Below are positions 35,291 to 41,285 of a DNA stretch of 64,000 nt, piece by piece. The stretch is from Gemmatimonadales bacterium (GTDB lineage Bacteria > Gemmatimonadota > Gemmatimonadetes > Gemmatimonadales > GWC2-71-9). A program made the translations under genes and the position numbers. How positions within the stretch are numbered: the first letter of the stretch is position 1; every line of letters begins with the position of its first letter. Under the pieces are notes generated by a model that saw only the letters and a program-made list of their open reading frames with translations, had not been told where the DNA came from and searched no databases. The stretch spans positions 1,542-65,541 of the forward strand of contig JAICQR010000001.1 of the NCBI GenBank assembly GCA_025937755.1, written 5' to 3'.

Positions 35291-35376
35291 GGTTGACTCC
35301 CTGAATCGTAAGGACGGGCGATCATAGCGTCCGGGCATCAACGCCCGGTCAACGCCGGAGCGATCAGAAATAACGG

Positions 35377-35481
35377 CGGCTGAAGCCGCCGCTCGGCATT
35401 GTCGCTGAAGCGACGTCGTCCGCTGTGTCGGCATACGCGCGCCGCTTCAGCGGCAGAGCCGAGAAGCGGCTTTAGCCGCTG
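35377..35481. repeat. 105-nt multi-hairpin repeat (copy E2)
   Basis: Direct-orientation copy of 32995-33100. Confidence 0.85.
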
Positions 35482-35511
35482 GAAGAACGCGCGCGGCCGG
35501 CGGACAACCTC

Positions 35512-35517
35512 TATAAT
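35512..35517 (+). promoter_or_regulatory. Perfect TATAAT -10 box 5 nt upstream of the ATG (possible leaderless transcript)
   Basis: cTATAATcaggcATG with the ATG at 35523. I found no SD and no convincing -35. Confidence 0.35.
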
Positions 35518-35522
35518 CAGGC

Positions 35523-36560
35523 ATGCGCACACTCACCCTGAGCGGCCTGCTCCTGCTGGTTGTTGCCTGCGAACCGCCGGACGAAGCCGAACCCCAGTGG
35601 CTGGCACCGGTCGGTGCCCCCCTGCACGCCGACTTACTTGAGGCGACCGAAGGCGCCTGGCTGGGCGGCGACCGGTTCGCCCTGCTCTCTCCCGGCGACA
35701 ACCGCATCGCCATTCTCGACTTCTCCTCCGGCCGTGTGACCCGGCTCGACCCCGACGCCCGCGAGATCCAGAATCCCGGGCACCTGTTCAGCCTGGCCGA
35801 CACCCTGTTCGTGAGCGACTGGGGGCGGCGCCGGGTGACGGCATGGACCAGTGGCACTACCCAGGTGCGTGAGATCCCGCTCTCACCCCTCGCGGGCGGC
35901 GCGCTCCCCCAGGCGGTCGATGCCCGGGGCGCGCTCTACTTCGAAGTCAGTCCCAACCCCGGTCCCGATGGCAGCGGCAATCGCGACAGCGCGGCGGTTG
36001 TGAGGGTGACGCCGGGCGCGGTGAAGGCCGACACGCTGGCACGACTGACCCCACTCGAGTTGGCTGCGGTCGAGACCAATCAGGGCCGGCGGTTCGAGCG
36101 GCGGGTCTTCAGTGGGGACGATGAGTGGGGGGTACTGCCGGACGGGACCCTGTGGGTGGCCCGGTATTATCACAACCGGGTGGACTGGCGCGACATCACC
36201 GGCACCTGGCATACCGGCGCCGGCCTGCCGGACCGCGTACTGGAGGTGACCCGGGTCGATCGCGAGCGATTTGCCGAGCGGTTCCCGCCCGAGCTGCGCG
36301 ACCGTGCGCAGCAACTGCAGTACAACCCGGTCAAGCCCGCGTTTGTGAAGGCGTTCACCGGTGCGGGCGGACACGTCTGGCTGGAGAAGAGCCGGCATAT
36401 CGCGGATACTATGCAGACCTACCACGAGGTGGGGCGCGACGGTCAGCTGCTGCGCGAGCTCCGCGTCGCCGGCTGGGGCCGAGTCCTCGCGACATCCGAC
36501 TCGGCGGCCCTGGTGGTGCGGACCGACACAGTCGGATTCACTGTTACCATGACGCGGTAG
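35523..36560 (+). CDS. Beta-propeller-like lipoprotein, unknown function
   Basis: Lipobox MRTLTLSGLLLLVVAC. Repeated strand-turn segments (NRIAILDFSSGRVTRLD, LFVSDWGRRRVTAW). It lacks the GPGEF motif of the other paralogs. Confidence 0.6.
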   Translation: MRTLTLSGLLLLVVACEPPDEAEPQWLAPVGAPLHADLLEATEGAWLGGDRFALLSPGDNRIAILDFSSGRVTRLDPDAREIQNPGHLFSLADTLFVSDWGRRRVTAWTSGTTQVREIPLSPLAGGALPQAVDARGALYFEVSPNPGPDGSGNRDSAAVVRVTPGAVKADTLARLTPLELAAVETNQGRRFERRVFSGDDEWGVLPDGTLWVARYYHNRVDWRDITGTWHTGAGLPDRVLEVTRVDRERFAERFPPELRDRAQQLQYNPVKPAFVKAFTGAGGHVWLEKSRHIADTMQTYHEVGRDGQLLRELRVAGWGRVLATSDSAALVVRTDTVGFTVTMTR

Positions 36561-36728
36561 ATTTGACTGCGGATTATGCAGCTTTTGTTTTTGTGGGAGC
36601 TCCCACAAACACACAGGCCGAACTCAGCAACGGGCAGCTACGCCTGGCAGGGCGACGTGCCTCTGCGCCATCGTAGTTCAACATCTGCGCAATCTGCGCC
36701 CCAACATCTGTGTAATCTGAAGCTGCGG
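36561..36728. repeat. Composite palindromic intergenic element (copy C)
   Basis: Core GCTTTTGTTTTTGTGGGAGCTCCCACAAACACA (36581-36616). GACGTGCCTCTGCGCCATCG block. Arm AACATCTGCGCAATCTGCGCCCCAACATCTG. Inverted relative to the left half of copy D. Confidence 0.8.
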
Positions 36729-36730
36729 TG

Positions 36731-37477
36731 TCAGGCGCCCGAAAGGTACCCCGCCTGGAACCGCTCATCAGCCCGCGCCACATCCGCTGACTCGTACTCG
36801 TACGTCGTCCCGTTCCCGCACCACGTCACCCGGTCGCACGCGCCAAGGATGGTCTCCACCTCGTGGCCCGAGATGACCACCGCGCAGCCTTCCGTTGCCA
36901 GTTGCCGCAGCACCACCGACAGCATTTCGGCATCTACCGGCGCGACGCCCCGAAACGGTTCATCCGCCAGCAGGCAGCTCGGCGCCCGCACCATCGCCAG
37001 CGCGAACTCCGCCCGTCGCAGCTCCCCGCCCGAGAAACGGCTCGGCGCCGTATTCAGGAGTGGGGCGGCGTTGAGGATCTCGATGGCAGAGTCGAGCCGC
37101 GCCTGCGTTCCGAAGCGTCGCGCGACTGCATTGAGCTGCCGGTAGAGCGGCATGCCGGGCGAGAGGATGTCACGGGATGGGAGATAGAAAAGTCCCCGGC
37201 TTGCAAGCACTGCAAGGCGGGGACGGAGATACGCTTCGCCCTCGAACTTCACGATTCCGGTATCGAAGGAACGGCATCCTGCCGCGATCTCCAGCAGCGT
37301 GGTCTTGCCGGCGCCGTTCCGGCCCAGCAGACCGGTGACGAGGCCGGCCCGCGCGCGGAGCGAGGCCACCCGGAGCACCTGGGTCCGGCCGTAGGCCTTG
37401 CCTATCGAATCCGCCTCAAGCCGGGCCAGGCTGCCCCCAGACAATGGCCAGCTCGCCAAGTATCGCCGGCGCGGCAC
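36731..37477 (-). CDS. ABC transporter ATP-binding protein
   Basis: Walker A GLLGRNGAGKTT, signature FSGGELRR, Walker B LLADEPFRGVAP. The start within the ORF is uncertain. Confidence 0.8.
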   Translation of the reverse strand: MPRRRYLASWPLSGGSLARLEADSIGKAYGRTQVLRVASLRARAGLVTGLLGRNGAGKTTLLEIAAGCRSFDTGIVKFEGEAYLRPRLAVLASRGLFYLPSRDILSPGMPLYRQLNAVARRFGTQARLDSAIEILNAAPLLNTAPSRFSGGELRRAEFALAMVRAPSCLLADEPFRGVAPVDAEMLSVVLRQLATEGCAVVISGHEVETILGACDRVTWCGNGTTYEYESADVARADERFQAGYLSGA

Positions 37478-37727
37478 AGCACAACGCCAGCACCCAGCGG
37501 CGCACGCCGAGGTTGGCCAGCAGCAGCAGCTGGTGGCGGCGGCGCAGTTCGATCATGCCCAGCGCGGCGACGATCAGCACCAGCCAGAGCGCTGCCGGGC
37601 CCGGCACCACGACCGGCTGCGGCGCGCCTTCGATGAGCATGGCGATGTACGCGAACCCGGCGCGAAGCACCAGCCACAGAAAAGCCCCCCGCACCAGCAG
37701 GGGTATCAGGAAGGTTCTATCAGGCAC
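37416..37727 (-). CDS. Small 3-TM membrane protein
   Basis: ORF 37416..37811 trimmed to GTG 37727 because the first 28 codons are translated repeat element. Hydrophobic segments FLIPLLVRGAFLWLVL, AALWLVLIVAALGMI and WVLALCCAAPAILGELAIV. Confidence 0.4.
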   Translation of the reverse strand: MPDRTFLIPLLVRGAFLWLVLRAGFAYIAMLIEGAPQPVVVPGPAALWLVLIVAALGMIELRRRHQLLLLANLGVRRWVLALCCAAPAILGELAIVWGQPGPA

Positions 37728-37740
37728 GCTTGAGAATAAG

Positions 37741-37999
37741 CGACAGATTGCGCAGATGCTGGGGCGCAGATGGCGCAGATCTTGGAAAGCGATGTCGCAG
37801 AGGCACGTCACAATATCTGGCGTCGGTGTACCTGATTGAGTTCGGTTGTGTTGTTTGTGGGAGCACCCACAAAAACAAAAGCGCCCAAGTACGTGGGCGC
37901 AGGAAACTCATCGTGTCTCGAACGCTCGGCGAAATCGCAGTTCAACATCTGCGCAATCTGCGCCCCAGAATCCGCGTACTCTGCGCCCCAGCATCCGCT
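37741..37999. repeat. Composite palindromic intergenic element (copy D, full length)
   Basis: Left arm ACAGATTGCGCAGATG..GCGCAGATGGCGCAGAT. CGATGTCGCAGAGGCACGTC block. Core TTGTTTGTGGGAGCACCCACAAAAACAAAAGCGCCC (37851-37886). Right arm AACATCTGCGCAATCTGCGCCCCAGAATCCGCG. Confidence 0.8.
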
Positions 38000-38002
38000 A
38001 AA

Positions 38003-38230
38003 TCAGCAGTTACAATCCGCCGAGTCTGCCGCTGCAGCTTTCCCCCCGGCCTGCTTGGGCGGGCATGGTGTATCGGCATACGAGCAGAACACGCAGCAAT
38101 CCCCCGGCTTGGGACGCAGGCGCGTGCCACACGACACGCAGTCGTGGATGTACACGCAGGCGTTGACGGGCATGACTTCGTCCGTCTCTGCCAGGCACAC
38201 CGGGCAGCGAAGTCGCGCGCTTTGCTTCAT
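38003..38230 (-). CDS. GDCCVxC domain-containing small Cys-rich protein
   Basis: RCPVCLAETDEVMPVNACVYIHDCVSCGTRLRPKPGDCCVFCSYADTPCPP matches the named GDCCVxC family pattern. C-terminal CNC. Confidence 0.75.
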   Translation of the reverse strand: MKQSARLRCPVCLAETDEVMPVNACVYIHDCVSCGTRLRPKPGDCCVFCSYADTPCPPKQAGGKAAAADSADCNC

Positions 38231-38332
38231 ACGTGCGCTTTCAGTGCTGCAGGAGATTCAGGGGGCACTGCCGCCGCGTCACGCACCCCCGCTCAGGGGG
38301 CTGCCCGGGAGTGGTGACGGGCGTGCCCGCGG

Positions 38333-38689
38333 TCAGGCCGCGGGCGATACTGCTGCGAGCATCCGGCGATCCCGCCGGAGCGCCCGCATGACCTGGTCGC
38401 ACACATCGGCAACGGAACGTGCGAAGTAGAACGGAACCGATGGCAGTGGCACCCCGAAGAATTCCTCGAGCACCTCGCGATACTCGTCCACTGCGTCCTG
38501 GTTCCAGCCCACGTCCCGGTAGAGGTGAACATCGAGGTTCAGGGCGCTGTAGTGCCAGGTGCCGGTGATCGTGACGATGATGCTGCGGGCGTACAGACGA
38601 ACCTCGCCCGGGGTCAGATCAGCCCGCACATTGGTGCGCTCCCTCCGTCTCAGCGCCTCGATGTCCTGCCGAATCTCCGGTGCCACCAT
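38333..38689 (-). CDS. Hypothetical protein (118 aa)
   Basis: GAGG SD 10 nt upstream of the ATG. TATAGT box upstream. No recognised family. Confidence 0.5.
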   Translation of the reverse strand: MVAPEIRQDIEALRRRERTNVRADLTPGEVRLYARSIIVTITGTWHYSALNLDVHLYRDVGWNQDAVDEYREVLEEFFGVPLPSVPFYFARSVADVCDQVMRALRRDRRMLAAVSPAA

Positions 38690-38742
38690 GGTTTCACAGC
38701 CTCAGGGGAGCGACACTATAACGCTTCCCCCAAAATCGCGAT

Positions 38743-38760
38743 ACTAGTACTTCTACTAGT
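38743..38760. promoter_or_regulatory. Palindrome ACTAGTA-CTTC-TACTAGT in an AT-rich island (candidate operator)
   Basis: 7-bp arms with a 4-nt spacer, located between the NarL-type regulator stop and the 118-aa gene. It contains TACTTCT, which fits the NarL heptamer TACYYMT. Confidence 0.35.
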
Positions 38761-38839
38761 CAAGAATTTGACAGTTTATGAAGATGACCGATTCCAGCGG
38801 TGGGAGCTCTCTAACTAGTTGATGCAGAAAAGCTTACGG

Positions 38840-39490
38840 CTAGACTAACCCTTCGGTGACCGCGTAGCGAACCAGGGCTGCGGTGCTGTTAAGCCCCAGA
38901 ATGTGCTTGATCCTTGCCCGATGGAACTCAACTGACCGGGCGCTCAACCCCAGCTCTTCGGCGATTTCCTCGGCGGTCCGGCCCCGGGCAATCATCACCA
39001 GCACCTCCCGCTGGCGCGGCGTCAGGGCCGTCAGCCCCCCCGTGGCGGGGTGGCCCCTCGGGTCGAGCCGGGCCTGCAGCGCCTCGGCCTCCTCGAGCGC
39101 GGGGGTCAGGTACTTCCGGCCCGCCATCGCCTCGGCGATGGCAAGGCGCAGCTCCTCGGCCCTGGCGCTCTTGAGCACGTAGCCCAGCGCACCCACCTTG
39201 ATCGCCTCGTCGGCGTAGATCCGGTCGGCATGCATGGTCACGATCACGACCGCGACCTCGGGATGCTGCTTCCGGATGTCGGCGCAAATTTCGAGACCGC
39301 TCCGTCCCGGAAGCGAAAGGTCCAGCAGCACCACGTCCGGCTTGAGCCGTGTCACCGCACCCAGCGCGCTCCTCCCGTCACCCTCCACACCGACGATGTC
39401 GTGATCCGCGTTCAGCATCGCGCTGATGCCCTCCACCATGAGCGCGTGGTCATCCACCAGCAGCAGGCGGGGTCGCGCCTTCATGTCGGC
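38840..39490 (-). CDS. NarL/FixJ-type response regulator (REC + LuxR HTH)
   Basis: Trimmed to Met33 (MKARPRLLLVDDHALMVEG..DVVLLDLSLPGRSG). LTPRQREVLVMIARGRTAEEIAEELGLSARSVEFHRARI. The upstream (GA)n extension is translated microsatellite. Confidence 0.9.
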   Translation of the reverse strand, partial: ADMKARPRLLLVDDHALMVEGISAMLNADHDIVGVEGDGRSALGAVTRLKPDVVLLDLSLPGRSGLEICADIRKQHPEVAVVIVTMHADRIYADEAIKVGALGYVLKSARAEELRLAIAEAMAGRKYLTPALEEAEALQARLDPRGHPATGGLTALTPRQREVLVMIARGRTAEEIAEELGLSARSVEFHRARIKHILGLNSTAALVRYAVTEGLV

Positions 39491-40344
39491 TCCATATCCG
39501 GCCCGGGCTCGAGCTCCGGCTCCGGCTCCGGCTCCGGCTCCAGCTCCAGCTCCAGCTCCGGCTCCAGATCCTTCGACGGTGCCCACGCGGTCACTCGGGT
39601 GCCGCCGCCCGGCGTGGAACGGATCATCACCCTTCCCTGCACCAGCTCCAGCCGCTCACGCAGACTGGTAAGGCCGAGGCCGGCCTTGGACGCGGCCGCC
39701 GAGGGATCGAACCCGACGCCGCCATCTTCCACTTCCAGCGTGATCCCGTCGGCGTCGGCCCTGAGCCGCAGATCCGCCGAGCCGGTGCCGGCGTGGCGCT
39801 GCACATTGCGCAACGATTCCTGGGCCACCCGGTACAGGGCAGTCGCCATCGGTTCGCGGACGGTCCGGGCGCCGGTGGCGACCGACACTCTAACGTCGAG
39901 CCCCTGAGCCTGGAACTCCGACCCCAGCTGCACCAACGCCGCCGGCAGCCCCAGGTGGTCCAGTGCCGCCGGATGCACCCGATGGGCCAGCCCCCGGATG
40001 CCGCCGGCCAGTTCGTCCAGCTCACCCCGGATTGCCGCCAGACGTCCGAGTGCCGGTGCCGGTGCCGGCTCGGCGGCGTCGTCCTTTTCGAGAACTTCCA
40101 GCTCGTGGCCCAGCATCGCCACTCGCTGGATGATGTCGTCGTGCAGCTCCCGGGCGAGCCACGCCCGCTCCTCTTCCTGGGCCGCGAGCAGCCGTCCGCC
40201 GAACCCCTTGGTGGCCGCCAGGAATCGCCGCTGCTGGATCACCACCGACGCGACGAAGGCCAGGCTCAGGATCAGGCCAACGACGACTGCGGCAACGAAG
40301 ACCCACCAGATCTGGTTCGTTCCTGTTGGCACCGGATCGCCCAC
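39481..40344 (-). CDS. HisKA_3-type sensor histidine kinase
   Basis: One N-terminal TM (IWWVFVAAVVVGLILSLAFV). H-box ARELHDDIIQRVAML. HATPase region GLGLTSLRERLELVQG. GTG start. (EP/EL)n C-terminal tail. Confidence 0.85.
   Translation of the reverse strand: MGDPVPTGTNQIWWVFVAAVVVGLILSLAFVASVVIQQRRFLAATKGFGGRLLAAQEEERAWLARELHDDIIQRVAMLGHELEVLEKDDAAEPAPAPALGRLAAIRGELDELAGGIRGLAHRVHPAALDHLGLPAALVQLGSEFQAQGLDVRVSVATGARTVREPMATALYRVAQESLRNVQRHAGTGSADLRLRADADGITLEVEDGGVGFDPSAAASKAGLGLTSLRERLELVQGRVMIRSTPGGGTRVTAWAPSKDLEPELELELEPEPEPEPELEPGPDMEPT
39513..39566. repeat. Hexamer microsatellite (GCTCCG/GCTCCA x9)
   Basis: Lies inside the 3' end of the kinase gene and encodes ..LEPELELELEPEPEPEPELEPG. 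It ends 23 nt upstream of the regulator start. Confidence 0.9.
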
Positions 40345-40961
40345 GCGAAGAAGAGGTTATGCACGATGATCAGCACGGCATTGACGCCGAACACCCAGAG
40401 CATCAGCCCCAATTCGCGCCGCTGGAGCAGCATGTTCGCGACCGGATTGAGGATGGCGAGGAACGAGAAGTAGATCAATACGCCCGACGTCACCCAGAAC
40501 CAGGACTGATTCATGATGGGGACAATGAGGTTGCGAGACCGAGTCACCAATGTGTATGCGGCCACTGCTACCAGCAGTATGGCCTCGACCGTCTTGGCGT
40601 ACTGCGGGAACTCCGCCAGCGACTCTGTCGTCACCGTCAGGACGGCCCAAAGCACCAGGAACGCCGGAATGCATAGAACCACCGTAAGCCGGGCCAGTTC
40701 CCGCAACTGCCAGCGCGACATCGCCAGCAGCAGCACCGTCGCCTCGAAGGGCGTGAACAGGTGCACCAACCAGAGATTACGCTGATTCTGAGAGGATAAG
40801 TAACCCAGCACGACTCCCTCGACCAATGCCACAGCGGAGTAGAGCACGACGAGGCGCAGCGACAGGCTCAATGGTCGCGCGCGCATGGCCGCCGCGACAG
40901 GAAGGGCGGCAGATAGCACCGCGAGCGCGGGCAGGACCAGTCTGCCTGACATCTGCACCAT
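40272..40961 (-). CDS. 6-TM membrane protein, probable detached sensor module of the adjacent kinase
   Basis: Six hydrophobic segments. The 3' end overlaps the kinase ORF by 73 nt in another frame. Confidence 0.6.
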   Translation of the reverse strand: MVQMSGRLVLPALAVLSAALPVAAAMRARPLSLSLRLVVLYSAVALVEGVVLGYLSSQNQRNLWLVHLFTPFEATVLLLAMSRWQLRELARLTVVLCIPAFLVLWAVLTVTTESLAEFPQYAKTVEAILLVAVAAYTLVTRSRNLIVPIMNQSWFWVTSGVLIYFSFLAILNPVANMLLQRRELGLMLWVFGVNAVLIIVHNLFFAWAIRCQQERTRSGGSSLPQSSLA

Positions 40962-40964
40962 TCG

Positions 40965-41276
40965 CTAGCGCGCGTCCGGGTCGCAATAGGGCGGACAGGG
41001 CCATGCTTCTTCGGCCACCGACCCCTTCCACATGTCCCGTCCATCGGTATCGGCTGCAACCAGCACCAGCGTCTCATGCCCCTTGTCGCGCCGGGCATGG
41101 TACATCCGGATCCCGACGCATCCTTCCTGCGCCAGCAGCTTCTCGATTGCCTCGCGCCCGAAGAAGTGACCGTGCGCCTTGCCGTTCGATGCCTTGTCGG
41201 CGCGCCACGCCTTGATGAGCCCCTTCGCCTGCTCGGGATCGATATCGTGCGGCTCCTTGCCGCTGAACATGGACAT
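40965..41276 (-). CDS. Hypothetical small protein (103 aa) with C-terminal CPPYC
   Basis: GAGGAGG SD. GCVGIRMYHARRDKGHETLVLVAADTDGRDM..WPCPPYC. No family that I can name. Confidence 0.6.
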   Translation of the reverse strand: MSMFSGKEPHDIDPEQAKGLIKAWRADKASNGKAHGHFFGREAIEKLLAQEGCVGIRMYHARRDKGHETLVLVAADTDGRDMWKGSVAEEAWPCPPYCDPDAR

Positions 41277-41285
41277 GGTGCCTCC

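Noticed and set aside
38715-38773. Sigma-70 promoter assignments in the AT-rich island (TTGACA at about 38768, TTGACT/TATAGT on the minus strand).
   Set aside because: The hexamer pairs have wrong spacing (about 37 nt, or no matching partner). Only the TATAGT box and the palindrome are reported, as low-confidence elements.
39491-39586. (GA)n-rich N-terminal extension of the response regulator ORF (MGTVEGSGAGAGAGAG...).
   Set aside because: It is the alternate-frame translation of the hexamer microsatellite inside the kinase 3' end. The REC domain starts at MKARPRLLLVDDH.
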